Positions 8,939 to 21,000 of a DNA stretch of 64,000 bases are shown in pieces. The notes beneath the pieces are model-generated. The model had not been told where the DNA came from and did no database searches. It saw only the letters and a program-made list of their open reading frames with translations. Source of the DNA: Dehalococcoidia bacterium (lineage in GTDB: Bacteria; Chloroflexota; Dehalococcoidia; GIF9; UBA5629); assembly GCA_003142375.1 (NCBI GenBank), contig PLME01000011.1:14599-78598 (forward strand), in the 5' to 3' direction. A program made the position numbers and the translations under genes. Each line of letters starts with the position of its first letter. The stretch's first letter is position 1.

Positions 8939-10507
8939 ATGAATATTGGAAGTTTGCTGGATGACAACATACAGAGGTTCGGCGAATATGATTTTGTATG
9001 CTTCGAAGGTAAATGGCATTCCAATGTTGCAATAAACTTGGCTGCCAACCGGCTGGCAAATGCGCTGAAAAATCTGGGAATTGGTAAAGGGGACAGGGTT
9101 GGCGTTCAACTGTTGAATTGTCCGCAGCTAATGGAATCTTTTTTCGCCATTTTCAAAATCGGCGCTATTTTGGTGCCGGTCAACCCATCTCTTCGTTCGG
9201 AGGAATTGGCATATCTTTACCAGGATGCAGGTTTGGCAGCCCTGATCACCAGCACTGATTTCATGGACAAGATCAGGGCAGCTAAAGGGAAGGCTCCCGA
9301 CCTGAAATATGTGATCACAATAGAAAAGAAAGTTCCCCAAGATGCCCTGTCCTACGACATAATCACAGGGCGGGAGCCGGGTGAGATTGCTCTAACGGAA
9401 ACGGGCAACGACGACGTGGCCGTCATCATCTACACGGCCGGCACTACAGGCAATCCCAAAGGGGTAATGCTGACGCACTATAACTGGTTTACGCACATCA
9501 CCGGGTATTATGAACTGGTTTTACTGGACAGAAGGGGTATCGAGGTAAAAGGCAGGGAGGCGACCGTGTTTGGGGTGGCCCGTAACCGCGTATCGCTGGT
9601 TACGCTGCCTCTTTACCATGGTTACGGAGTATTCGCTATGAATCTGGAGTTCCTCACCGGTGGGAGAATGATACTGCTTTCGCGCTGGGATACTGAGGAA
9701 GCGATGAAATGCATTGAGCAATACAGGGTTAGTGAATTCCGCGGCGTTCCAACCATGTACATCCAGTTGCTTAATTACCCCGCCGCCGATAAATACGATT
9801 TAAGCTCACTGCAGGTGTGCATCTGTGGCTCTGCCCCGATGCCCCTGGAGGTCGCCCGGCAATGGAAAGCGAAGTATGGCATCGATATATGGGAGGGCTA
9901 CGGGTTGAGCGAAGCGACGACCGTCAATTGCGGTAATATAGCCGCCGGGAAGGAGCCGAGGTACGGTTCGATCGGCAAGTGCTATCAAAAATGTAATACC
10001 ATATCAATATTCGGCCCGGACGACAGGGAACTGCCGGCTGGCGAGATAGGTGAGATAGTTATCAAGGGTCCATGCGTTATGAAAGGCTACTGGAACAAGC
10101 CCCGGGAAACCGCTGAGGCCATAAGGGATGGTTGGCTTCATACTGGGGATGTCGGCCGTAAGGATGAAGACGGTTACATTTATATCACCGACCGCAAGAA
10201 AGACCTCATCATCCGCGGCGGGGAAAACGTATATCCCACAGAGGTGGAGAACGTCCTTCACAGGCATCCGCAGGTGATGGAATGTGGTGTTATCGGCATC
10301 CCGGACAGCACGTATGGGGAAGAGATCATGGCTTTTATAGTACTCAAGACCGAAGGCTCAGCCACAGAGGAAGAGCTGATAGATTTTTGCCGGGAGCAGT
10401 TGCCGGCCTTTAAAAGGCCCAAGACCATCCAGTTTATGGACTCCCTGCCCAAAAGCTCGGTAGGCAAAATTTTGAGAAGGGAATTGCGCATTAATAAACG
10501 CGGTTAA
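8939..10507 (+). CDS. Long-chain fatty acid--CoA ligase (AMP-forming ANL family)
   Basis: YTAGTTGNPKG, EGYGLSE, GWLHTGD, DRKKDLIIRGGENVYP, LPKSSVGKI. Confidence 0.9.
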   Translation: MNIGSLLDDNIQRFGEYDFVCFEGKWHSNVAINLAANRLANALKNLGIGKGDRVGVQLLNCPQLMESFFAIFKIGAILVPVNPSLRSEELAYLYQDAGLAALITSTDFMDKIRAAKGKAPDLKYVITIEKKVPQDALSYDIITGREPGEIALTETGNDDVAVIIYTAGTTGNPKGVMLTHYNWFTHITGYYELVLLDRRGIEVKGREATVFGVARNRVSLVTLPLYHGYGVFAMNLEFLTGGRMILLSRWDTEEAMKCIEQYRVSEFRGVPTMYIQLLNYPAADKYDLSSLQVCICGSAPMPLEVARQWKAKYGIDIWEGYGLSEATTVNCGNIAAGKEPRYGSIGKCYQKCNTISIFGPDDRELPAGEIGEIVIKGPCVMKGYWNKPRETAEAIRDGWLHTGDVGRKDEDGYIYITDRKKDLIIRGGENVYPTEVENVLHRHPQVMECGVIGIPDSTYGEEIMAFIVLKTEGSATEEELIDFCREQLPAFKRPKTIQFMDSLPKSSVGKILRRELRINKRG

Positions 10508-10564
10508 ATACAGCAGTCTGGACTTAACCCGGGGTTATAATTGGCCGGTAGATACCGATGAAAC

Positions 10565-10593
10565 TTGCAGAAAACGCCGGATTATCCTATTAT
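10565..10593 (+). promoter_or_regulatory. Sigma70-type promoter candidate
   Basis: TTGCAG-N17-TATTAT upstream of the lipoprotein gene. Confidence 0.4.
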
Positions 10594-10616
10594 CGTTTAA
10601 GAGCGGGATATTAGAT

Positions 10617-11420
10617 ATGAATTACAGCGAGGTATGTGAGCATAGGAAATCGGGGCCCTTTATTAAATATTGTTTGGGGGGAAATATTCGCGCTGGTTTT
10701 TACCTGCTGATAGCATGTATTATTTTCTTCTCCACGTTTGCTTGTGCAAACCTTAATAAGAATACGGGGACACCTACGACGGGGTCCTCAACAAGTCAGC
10801 AGCCTGCCGGCAGTTCATCTCAAAATAATCCTGAGGCTGGCTCAAACGTAAACTCCAACACGCAACCTGCAACTACGCCTACACCGGCCCAGCCTACACC
10901 TGCGGTTACTACGCCGCCCCCGGCGCCGCCGGCCCCGGTTCAACAGTCCACGCCGCCTTCCCAGCCCGCCGCTACTTTGAATGTCCCCCCGGCTAGCCAG
11001 TCGAGTACAGGTGATATGATCAAGAAGGAAGCCTGTCTGATGGGGCTGACCAAAGATGATTTAGGTGGGGAAGGATGGGTACGCATAAGCTCGGGGCCCG
11101 CGTCGATTTTGTATACAAATTCAGTGTGTCACGCACAATATTCACAGGGCGGATCATTTTCACCGACCGTGCAAAATACGGTGGCGGTATATCGCACCGT
11201 TCAAGTTGCGATCAACGCCTATGATAAGGAAAAGCCGCAGTATGCCACGGTTTCCAATCCGGCCATCGGCGATGAGTGTTTTTTAAATGACTCTGTTCCC
11301 ATCAACAGGGAGTTGGTATTCAGAAAAGCCAATGTGGTTGTATATCTATTTTTACAGCAGTATCAGACGGGAGACATCGAGCACTATGCCAGTGTGATTG
11401 AGCAAAGGATTACCCCCTGA
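10617..11420 (+). CDS. Putative lipoprotein with Pro/Thr/Gln-rich linker
   Basis: Hydrophobic stretch ending FSTFAC (lipobox-like), long low-complexity P/T/Q/S region, globular C-terminal domain; true start may be downstream. Confidence 0.6.
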   Translation: MNYSEVCEHRKSGPFIKYCLGGNIRAGFYLLIACIIFFSTFACANLNKNTGTPTTGSSTSQQPAGSSSQNNPEAGSNVNSNTQPATTPTPAQPTPAVTTPPPAPPAPVQQSTPPSQPAATLNVPPASQSSTGDMIKKEACLMGLTKDDLGGEGWVRISSGPASILYTNSVCHAQYSQGGSFSPTVQNTVAVYRTVQVAINAYDKEKPQYATVSNPAIGDECFLNDSVPINRELVFRKANVVVYLFLQQYQTGDIEHYASVIEQRITP

Positions 11421-11457
11421 CCTTAAACCGATGATAATTTGAGCAAGAGCGATAACA

Positions 11458-11850
11458 TTGGAACAAAAACAGATGGATAGTCCACAGGAACAGAACGGGA
11501 GAGTCAGACGAAACAGGCACCATGGTTTTTCGGCCATTTTTGCCGGGCTGTTTCTGATCATGCTGGGGGGACTGCTTTTCCTGGCCAGCCAGGGGATTAT
11601 TTCATGGGATAAATGGTGGCAGCTCTTTCTCATAGGGCTTGGCGTTATTTTATTAATCGATGTTTTTATCCGGTATTTGCAGGATAGAAGCATCGGTTTT
11701 CAAGCAGGCAGAGTAATTGCCGGTTTAGTATTGATCATTATCGGGACGGCTTTCTTCCTCAGTGCGGTGAACTGGTGGGCTTTAATTATCGTCGCTGTAG
11801 GTGTGGTGATCCTTATTGTTGGGGTGTGGCGGCGTTCGGTAGATAAATAA
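11458..11850 (+). CDS. LiaF/DUF5668-like four-TM membrane protein
   Basis: Repeated GLxLIxxGxxFL...WWxLxLIxxG pattern. Confidence 0.6.
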   Translation: MEQKQMDSPQEQNGRVRRNRHHGFSAIFAGLFLIMLGGLLFLASQGIISWDKWWQLFLIGLGVILLIDVFIRYLQDRSIGFQAGRVIAGLVLIIIGTAFFLSAVNWWALIIVAVGVVILIVGVWRRSVDK

Positions 11851-11938
11851 CTGCTGTGTAACTTGTCGACTATCTTAGACTTTACCTTCAATTTATGCGA
11901 AAATATCTTCCAATTAATCTCAGTTTGCCTTTAAAGCT

Positions 11939-12730
11939 ATGAATCTGGGTATTGCGGGGAAAACGGCGATCGTTTCTGCGGCCAGCAGGGGTATAGGCAA
12001 GGCTGTGGCCATAGGGCTGGCTAAAGAGGGCGTCAACATGGCTATTTGCGCCCGCAATGAAGCCGGGCTCCGCAAGACTGCCCAGGAAATAGAATCCTTA
12101 CATTCGGTCAAAATCCTGCCTATTATTGCCGATCTGACCAAAGCCAGCGAGGTGAAGAACCTGGTTGGAGAGACCGTCAGTCGTTTTGGCTGGGTGGACA
12201 TACTGATAACCAACACGGGGAATCCGCCCCCCGGGCCTTCCAGCTCATTCACTGATCAGGACTGGGAGTACGCAGTATTACAAAATCTGCTCAGCAACGT
12301 CAGGCTATGCCGTGAGGTGATTCCCCTTATGAAAAAACAACACTGGGGAAGGATAGTCAACATGATCTCCATTTCGGCCAAGCAACCACTCGAAAACATG
12401 ATATTGTCCAACTCCATTAAAGCCGCCATCGTCGGCATGGCCAAAACACTGTCGCAGGAAGTGGCGGCGGACAATATACTTATAAATAACATCTGCCCGG
12501 GCTGGATACTTACAGATCGTTTGGTAGAGATGGCTAAGCGGGAAGCTGATAAAAGAGGCAAAACCTATGATAAAGTGCTGGCCGAATTGATAGCCACTAT
12601 ACCTATCAAGCGTTGCGGCACGCCCGAAGAGGTCGCCAACCTGGCGATATTCCTTGCATCGGAGAGGGCTGCCTACATGACCGGCACTACTATCCAGGTC
12701 GATGGTGGCCTGGTTAAAGGCCTTCTTTAA
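11939..12730 (+). CDS. Short-chain dehydrogenase/reductase (3-oxoacyl reductase-like, atypical)
   Basis: SAASRGIG Rossmann motif, SNSIK at the YxxxK position, IQVDGG. Confidence 0.85.
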   Translation: MNLGIAGKTAIVSAASRGIGKAVAIGLAKEGVNMAICARNEAGLRKTAQEIESLHSVKILPIIADLTKASEVKNLVGETVSRFGWVDILITNTGNPPPGPSSSFTDQDWEYAVLQNLLSNVRLCREVIPLMKKQHWGRIVNMISISAKQPLENMILSNSIKAAIVGMAKTLSQEVAADNILINNICPGWILTDRLVEMAKREADKRGKTYDKVLAELIATIPIKRCGTPEEVANLAIFLASERAAYMTGTTIQVDGGLVKGLL

Positions 12731-12787
12731 TCAAAGACGGATGCGGGCTACCGATGAGATTTCAGCTAAATACTCTCATAAGGGATA

Positions 12788-12816
12788 TTGACATATACTG
12801 CCGCTTATATTATATT
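12788..12816 (+). promoter_or_regulatory. Sigma70-type promoter
   Basis: TTGACA-N17-TATATT followed by an AAGGGAGG RBS, supporting the 12853 start. Confidence 0.65.
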
Positions 12817-12852
12817 AAAGCAATGGTATCTAAGGGAGGTTATAAGTTCAAG

Positions 12853-14403
12853 ATGAAAGTAGTATTTAATTCGACATGGAGAATAGTCCTTGCCCTGGCG
12901 GTGATGTTGAGTTTCGGACTGGCAAACGCCACACCAGTGCAGGCATTTGCAAACCCGGCCTTAGTAACACTTTTAGGCGCCGGGAATTTTGCGGTTCTGG
13001 CAGGAGCGGCAATTACAGATGCAGGGGCTGGTACGCATATCACTGGAAATGTTGGGGCGTACCCCATTACTGGCGCCGCTATCGGCCTAGTATGCACACA
13101 AGTGACTGGAATTATTTACCAGAGTGATGCTGCTGGCATGGGATGTTTTGTGACGGACCCTGTTAACCTGAACACGGCTATGATCAACAGGTTAGCCGCT
13201 TACACAGACGCTAACAGCCGGACAGCTGATATTACTGGCCTGGGCGGTGGTACTGTTGGCCCTCAGACTCTCGTTCCCGGCGTCTATAAATGGACTACCC
13301 CTGTGACAATAACAGGCGATCTCGTTCTGTCGGGTGGCCCCAATGCCGTTTATATCTTTGAGATAGCGGGAACCCTTGACATGGCCACCAACAAAAGCAT
13401 ACTCCTGAGCGGTGGCGTACAGGCTTCCAACATATTCTGGGCAGTCGCTGGCGCAACGACCCTACTTCCAGGCTCACACTTTGAGGGTAACATCTTGTCT
13501 GGGTCGAACATCGCCATGCAAAGTCTTGCATCTATCAATGGCAGGCTGTTAGCACTGACTGGGATCACATTTGATCACAATGCCATTATAAAGGCAGTTT
13601 TTGTGCCACCGGCCACCACACTGGCAGTACTCGGAATATCCACCCCGCGTATTGGATGCATTGCCACTGATGTGACGGTAACCGCCTTTGATGGAGCTAA
13701 CAACGTCGTTCCGAGTTACCGTGGCACCATCCACTTCACCTCAACGGATTCGGCGGCAGTGCTGCCGGCGGATTACACTTTCGTCGCCGGTGATGGTGGT
13801 ATACACACCTTTACTAACGGGGTAATTTTATCCACCGCTGGAATACAGACGGTGACAGTCATCGATGTTGCAAACGGTCTCACTGGCACCAGTTTCCAAA
13901 TCACTGTTGTTCCCTGCCAGGGTCCTGTGCCCACCCCTGGACCTGGTATAACATCACCAGTGATCTCCACGGTTGCCCCGACTCTTCCCCCATCTGGTAG
14001 AGCGATTCCTGGGGCAGGCGCACAGGGTGGTCCGGCGGCGCTGCCGAGCTTTGTAATTACTAAGCTATGCGTTGATTCTGACAATGTTACACTCTGTCTG
14101 AAAAACACCATGGCTTATTCCCAGACATTGGTAGTTATACTGAAATCAAACAATGTCGACATCGGCCAAAAAACATTTAACCTATCGCCAAATGCCGAGC
14201 TTTGTGCCTCATGGTATATAGATGCCGCACAAGCAAAAGGAAACCTCAGGGTCAATATCGGAGGCATTGTAGAGAAGGATGTTCCATCTTGCGGTGTTGT
14301 AGTGCAGCAGTCTATTGATTGGTTGCTCTGGGTGATAGTAGCACTGTTCGTCATAGCCGTCATCGGGCTGCTGCTGTACTTCCTCACGAGGAGGAGGAAA
14401 TAG
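12853..14403 (+). CDS. Cell-surface ice-binding-family (DUF3494) protein with Ig-like stalk and C-terminal membrane anchor
   Basis: Signal peptide ending VQA; DUF3494 motifs GNFAVLAG, TLVPGVYKW, LSGGVQASNIFWAVAG, FEGNIL, INGRLLA; Ig-like FTSTD...DYTF segment; Pro-rich linker; TM followed by RRRK. Confidence 0.85.
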   Translation: MKVVFNSTWRIVLALAVMLSFGLANATPVQAFANPALVTLLGAGNFAVLAGAAITDAGAGTHITGNVGAYPITGAAIGLVCTQVTGIIYQSDAAGMGCFVTDPVNLNTAMINRLAAYTDANSRTADITGLGGGTVGPQTLVPGVYKWTTPVTITGDLVLSGGPNAVYIFEIAGTLDMATNKSILLSGGVQASNIFWAVAGATTLLPGSHFEGNILSGSNIAMQSLASINGRLLALTGITFDHNAIIKAVFVPPATTLAVLGISTPRIGCIATDVTVTAFDGANNVVPSYRGTIHFTSTDSAAVLPADYTFVAGDGGIHTFTNGVILSTAGIQTVTVIDVANGLTGTSFQITVVPCQGPVPTPGPGITSPVISTVAPTLPPSGRAIPGAGAQGGPAALPSFVITKLCVDSDNVTLCLKNTMAYSQTLVVILKSNNVDIGQKTFNLSPNAELCASWYIDAAQAKGNLRVNIGGIVEKDVPSCGVVVQQSIDWLLWVIVALFVIAVIGLLLYFLTRRRK

Positions 14404-14439
14404 GCTCAGCAAACGGGTACTTTCTGTTAGTATAATCTT

Positions 14440-14477
14440 AGATGGGGCACATCATATGATGTGCCCCATCTTTTTTT
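14440..14477 (+). terminator. Intrinsic terminator (perfect 32-bp palindrome)
   Basis: AGATGGGGCACATCAT-ATGATGTGCCCCATCT followed by a T-run. Confidence 0.8.
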
Positions 14478-14578
14478 CTATATTATTTTCATTTTTAGGT
14501 TGATGGCAGCATGGTCAAAGGCCTTCTATAGTTTCTATCGTCACGCAATTGGAATTTGTTAGGGGGGAAGCTTTGAAG

Positions 14579-14595
14579 TGGTAGGCCGTGCAGGA
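14579..14595. repeat. att-like direct repeat (copy of the tRNA-Lys 3' end)
   Basis: TGGTAGGCCGTGCAGGA is identical to 24538-24554. Confidence 0.85.
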
Positions 14596-15068
14596 TAAAA
14601 GCAAGAACTTTTTCTAAGACTTACACATTACCTCAATGATATGAGAGAGCTCATGGTCCCAAAACAAGCGCACTAAAAGGCGGTAACCGCTTGCCTCCTT
14701 TGGATATAAGACTATCAATATAGATATAGAATAGTCAAGGACGGCCATAGCCAGCAGGCTATCAGGCTGGCAGTCAATAGCGTGATGCCCACTATCCGGT
14801 GATAGTGTGCGCTATACTCGACGTCGTAATGTCTGCCAGACACATTCATCATTTCACACATCCCGATTTTTTCTAAAGTTTCAACCGGGCTATGTGTAGG
14901 CGGAATATATAATAAAAACGCTAACTATACTAACCTTGGCTAACGCTATTAAAAACTTCAAGTTGAGGCCAGGGTAATTTAATAACTGGTTCCTTTTGCT
15001 GATTACGGCTGGTATAGAAAAGGGGAGGCTCTCAATAATCGGAGGATTCTAATTATACATGGACTAAA

Positions 15069-18000
15069 TTACGGTGGTGGGGTCATCCTCACCTCGACCC
15101 AGTGTTCCTTATGGTCGTCAACAAGAGGGATGGTCTTATCGTGTTGCTCAACGCCATCCACGCTCACGCGCATCTCACCATTCCCGGCAGGCGTTTGCAG
15201 GACCGCGATGTGGTAGACCGTCTCCCGATAGCGGTAGTGCATCTTGAACCCCACCCAATCCGCAGGGAGGCACGGCGTAAAACGCAGTTTATCCACTTCA
15301 AGTGTGAGCCCCAGGAGTGATTCCACGATCAGCCGGTACATCCAGGCGGCCGAGCCCGTGTACCATGTCCAGCCGCCGCGGCCGGTATGCGACGGTGCCG
15401 CATAGACGTCGGCGGCAACGACGTAGGGTTCCACTTTGTAGGTGGCAGTCTCCTCGGTCGATCTTGCATGGTTCACCGGGTTGATCATGGTAAAGAGCTC
15501 CCACGCGCGCCGGTTGTCCCCCAAGCGAGCGAAGGCCATTGCCGCCCAGATGGCCGCATGCGTGTACTGCCCGCCGTTTTCTCTAACTCCGGGGACGTAC
15601 CCTTTGATGTAGCCGGGATTCAGCGCCGACTTGTCGAAGGGCGGATCCAGAAGTTGGATCAGCCCATGCTCGCGGCGAACGAGGCGCTCGTCCACCGCTT
15701 CCATGGCCATGCGCGAACGCTCATGATCTCCCGCACCTGAAAGAACAGACCAGCTCTGCGCTATCGAATCAATTTGGCATTCGGGGTTAACTGACGATCC
15801 AAGCGGCGAGCCGTCGTCGAAATAAGCGCGGCGGTACCACTTTCCATCCCAGCCATTCTGCTCGAGATTCTGGCGCAGTTGAGCCGCCTCCCTCTGGCAA
15901 CGTTCGACGAAAGATAGGTCACCCCTTGTACGGGCAACCTCCATAAACTGCGTGAGTACTTCATAAAGGAAAAATCCTAACCACACGCTTTCGCCTTTGC
16001 CGTGTTCGCCCACCAGGTTCATGCTGTCGTTCCAGTCACCGGAGCCGATGAGCGGCAGGCCGTGTACACCGAATTTAAGGCTATTCAGGATGGCTCGGAC
16101 ACAGTGTTCGTAAAGACTCGCTACCTCTTCAGAGCGCCCGGGCAGATCGTAATAACAGTCTTCATCAGCGTTTACCGAGCGGCCCTGGATGAAGTGGACG
16201 GGCTCATCCAACACGCCGGTGTCCCCGGTGGTGAGGACATAGCGGCACGTCGTGAGCGGCAGCCAGAGGTAATCGTCCGAACAGTGAGTACGCACACCCC
16301 GACCCGTTGGAGGATGCCACCAATGCTGAACATCTCCTTCCAGGAATTGACGGGACGCACACAGGAGCAGGTGCTCGCGCGCGAGATGCGGCCTGGCGTG
16401 GATTAGGGCCATCACGTCTTGCAACTGATCGCGGAAACCGAAGGCGCCCCCCGACTGGTAGGTTGCGCTTCGCGCCCAAAGGCGACACGCCAGAGTTTGG
16501 TATAGCAGCCAACCGTTGGCCAACACGTTGATGGACTGGTCGGGTGTTTCCACATTTACCGCACCGAGGGTGTGTGTCCAGTGCTGCCATACCACATCGA
16601 GGGCGCAGCGCGCAGCGTTTGATCCTCGAAAACGGTTGACCAGGTTTCTCGCATCGTCTACGTCTCGCCCTAGGCCGAGTCTGAAGATGATTTCACGCTC
16701 TTGCCCGGCGGCCAGATCGAAGCTCACCTGGATCGCGGCGCAGGGATCCAGGGCGGCCCCCACCTTGTTGGAAAGGCGCGTGCGCGTCATAGCGGCAGGA
16801 GCGCATAGCGTACCGTTGCGTCCCAGGAATTCAGTCCGATCGCCACTTATGGTGCGAGTCGTATCGTCCACGTCGAAGAACGCAATCCGGTCAGGGAACT
16901 CCGTGTTGTATGGGTTGTGTGCGAAGAGCGCGCCGCTATCCGGGTCAATTTCGGTGATCACGTGCATGGTCGATTTCGGTCGCAGGTCGCCAAGCACCCA
17001 TTCCACATATCCGGTAGCGGAGAGCCGGCGGGATCGTCCCGACTCGTTGAATACTTTGAGCACCGTAAACTTGATCGCTGCGTCCATAGCCACGTAAACC
17101 CATAGCTCGGAGCGGATGCCGCGCTCGGTGTGTTCAAAGACGCTGTAACCGAATCCGTGCCGGGTGACGTAAGGCGTTGCCCCGCGGCAGGGCAACGGCG
17201 TGGGCGACCAGAAGTAGCCGCTCTCTTCATCACGGAGGTAAAATGCCTCTCCTCTCGAATCGCCCACGGGATCGTTCTCCCAGGGAGTGAGGCGGAACTC
17301 GTGAGCATTCTCGCTCCAGGTGTAGGCAAGACCGCTCTCTGAGATGACGGTCCCGAAGTGCGGGTTGGCCAGCACATTCACCCAAGGAGCCGGTGTCAGC
17401 TGCCCGTGCGCTGTGGTAATAACATACTCGCGCCCATCCGGGGTGAATCCGCCCAGCCCATTGTAGAACGTCAGATCGTGGCGTGGCAACGAGGCGACCG
17501 CCAGGGGTTCGGAGCGGCGGGTTCGGGTCGGGATAAGGAGGGGCACGGTTACTTCCACCTGACTACGACCGTTGATCTGGTCCACCAGCGACCCCCGGCT
17601 GTCGCTGATGATGGCGCGAGCGACCGCTTGGATTAGGATGCGATCCTCCTCCGCTATCTGCTCCGCAGGTCTTACGAAAATGCCGCCGGGTCGATCGGTC
17701 ACGTTGGCTTCGATGCCTGCGGCAATGAGCCCCATGACCTGGTCGTGGAGGAGTTGCCGGTAACCTGCGTGATCTTCGTTCCAGATCACCAGGTCCACCG
17801 CTAGTCCTTTGAGATGCCAGTACGCGTGGGCCTGCACGAGTTGGCGCACCAGATCGATATTGGCCGGATTTTCAATCTGCAGCAGCACAATCGGCAGATC
17901 GCCGGAGATGTCGTAGCTCCAGAGACCGGATTGCCCCCGGCGGTTCTTGATGAGGACACTTGGGTCGGCTCGCAGCGAAGCATTAGCGTAGATGATCGAG

Positions 18001-21000
18001 CTGGCAAGGTGCCCATAGAGTTGCGCATCGGCTGCGGAGGCATTGAACTGGCGCAGCAGCACATGGCTATGTGTCCATGCCAAATCAAAGACGCGGTCCG
18101 CGAGACGCCGATCCTGGTATTTTCCCACAAGACGTAAGGCTGCACCGCGGGTTTCACCGATGCCGGTGACAATGTTTATCGTTGCCGATTCTTCGGGATC
18201 CAGCGTTATCCGATAGCGGATGGCTACAATCGGATCGAGCACAGAGCCCTCGCTACCCGAGAGCGCTTCAGTAAAAACACCAGCGCCCCCGCTCATCGCC
18301 TGTGGATCGGCGACGGTGTTACCGCGGCCGATGAACTGCATGCGATCGGTCTCATAGGAAACATCTCCGATCTCCGCTCCATGCACGACCATCAGGTGAA
18401 ACATCCAGGGCGCCTGCTCGCCCTGGGAGCGGGGCCGGCGAGTGCAGAGGATCGCTCGCTGCCGGCGGATGATCTCGGTCTGGACAAATAGATTGCTGAA
18501 CGCCGGATGCAGTGCGTCGGCGGCAGGCAGTGCCAGAACCACTTCCGCATAACTGGTAACATCGATCGCTCGGCGCGTACGCGCGCGGTTGGTGACGCGG
18601 ACTCGGCGTAGTTCGATATCATCCTCGGGCGAAACAGCGATCTCGGTATAGGTTTCATAGTCGTGGTCGCGACAGCGAAACTCGGCTCGCCCTTCCGAGA
18701 AGATCGCCTCAAAATGCTTCGACCGTTTGAGCGCCGGCTGATAGGCCGTTGACCAGAATTCCCCACTCGTCACGTCGCGGAGGTAACAGAACGTGCCCCA
18801 GTTGTCGCAGGTGCGGTCTTCGCGCCAACGGGTAACGGCGAGGTCCTTCCAGCGGCTGTAACCGCCGCCGGCACTGGTGATCATCACATGGTACCTGCCA
18901 TTCGAGAGCAACTGCACTTCCGGGTTTGGCGTGTCGGGGCTTGTGAAAACGCGAATCGGCGTCTCCGAAGCGCTGGAAGCCGTATGATACTCGGAGAGCT
19001 CGGAGGTGTGCGCATAGAACGCTGTCGCCTTGGGGATTCGCTCCTGCAGCAACAGCATGGTCGCCTGGAACAAGGGATCCGACTCGAATCGCTTCTGCAT
19101 CTGGCGGTCCAGGAGCAGATGCGCCAAAGACAGGAGACTCATGCCCTGGTGATGGGCCATGAAGGACCGAACCACGACCCTCGATTGTCCGCGCGGCAGA
19201 TGCGACGGAGTGTAGTCGATCGCCTCGTAGAAGCCATACCGGGTTTCAAAGCCTTCAGCAGCGAGTCGTTCGAGGTTCAGGCACGCCTCCTCGGGCGCCA
19301 CCATCAGCGCCAGTGCCGAGGCATAAGGCGCAATCACCAGGTCCTCGGCGAGCCCGCGTTTGAGCCCCAGGCCGGGGACACCAAAGGCGCTGTATTGGTA
19401 GTTGAGATGCACATCGATGGCATTGTAACCACATTCCGAAATGCCCCAAGGCACCCCGCGTTTTTTCCCATATTCGATCTGCCTGGCCACCGCCGCCTTA
19501 CAGGTCTGGTCGAGCAGCGTGGGTTCGTAGGTCGGCATCACCAGGAGCGGCATCAGGTATTCGAACATCGAACCGCTCCACGAAAGGAGGATCGGTTCTC
19601 CACCGGCGGTAGTCAGCAGACGTCCCAGGGCAAACCAGCTCTCCTGCGTCAGTTGTCCCTGCGCAATCGCTACGAAATAGGAAAACCTCGCTTCCGAAGC
19701 CAGGAGATCGTAGTAACTGGAGTCCCGCTGGCATTCACCGACATGATAGCCGATAGCTAGCAGATGACGCGTCTCGTCAAACAGAAAGTCATATTTCATC
19801 CGGGCGAATGCGTCGCATTGCGTGGCAAGTTCTTTGATAGCCGCAATCCTTGTTCTGGCGTGCTGGCTGGCTGCCGTGATGAGGCGTTGAAGTTCACCAA
19901 GCCAAGCGCTTTCCGCCGACGTGGTGGCAGAGCTGAGCCGATGTACGATCGCCGGCAGGAGCTTCACCTCCAGTGCTGCCAGTTCGTGCAATGTTGGGAT
20001 CTCGTCGAGATCGGGAAAGTCTCCGAGGCTATTCGGAGAAGAAAAGAGCACTGTCCATGGAGCGAGAAACGTCAGCTCATCGAGGGCATCTCGACATTGC
20101 TCGGCGAAGGCGTGGGCCCACCACCTCAATTGGCTCTCGGTGTCGGCATCGAGAGCTTCCACGTCGGTGACCACTACCGCAGCGGACGTTGCCAGCTGAT
20201 CAAGGCACAGCCGCGAAGCCATGAGCGTGGTGAGTTGGGAACGGGTCGCGGACTCCAGATCCTGCTGAAGTTGAGCGAGTTGGGCCGGGGCGTATACTTC
20301 CGGAGCGGCGGCCGCCGCGTCTATGACAATCCTGAGAGTGTCGCTTAAGCCCTCAAAGAATCGCGTTTCCAGGATCTTGTGATCGGCAAGTCCGAGCAGA
20401 CCCGGCCGCAATGTCAGCAGATGGCCTGCGAGGTTCCCGCTGTCCACCGACGAAATGTAGAGGGGCAGCAGTGGTTTCAGAGATTGCGTATCATACCAGT
20501 TGTAGAAGTGGCCTTGGTGTCGTTCCAGGGTTTCCATGGTGCAGAGTGCCTTCGCTGTACGTTCGATGAGTTGTCGGGCCGAAAGGTAGCCGAAGTCATA
20601 CGCGGACAAATTCGCCAGCAACGCAAGGCCCATGTTGGTAGGCGATGTGCGATGTGCGATGACCGCAACAGGATTCTCCTGATAGTTATCAGGCGGCAGC
20701 CAATTATCTTGCGGGCCGATGAAGGTCTCGAAGAACGCCCAGGTTTTCCGGGCAAGCTTCCGTAGAAAGAGGGTCTGATCCACTGTCATCCCTGCTCGGC
20801 GGCGAGCGAGCGGCCGACTGATCCACCAGGCGATAGCGGGGGAGCCAAACCAGAGGCACAGTATGGGCCCAGCCACAGCCAACACGGCCGGTTTGGATGC
20901 AGCAAGCGTGATCACCACAGCAACGGCAACGAGCGGGCCGATCCACATTGTCCGACATGAGCCGACAAGGTCCGTGCGGCTATTGCGATCCGAGTTGCCC

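Noticed and set aside
10860..10990. Repetitive-looking DNA in the lipoprotein gene
   Set aside because: Low-complexity Pro/Thr/Ala codons, not a tandem repeat or CRISPR array
14715..14861. 48-codon minus-strand ORF with a hydrophobic C-terminus inside the island
   Set aside because: No clear RBS or recognisable motif; cannot be told from chance
18888..19760. 290-aa plus-strand ORF and other long ORFs within cgs
   Set aside because: Antisense shadows expected in GC-rich coding DNA; no motifs
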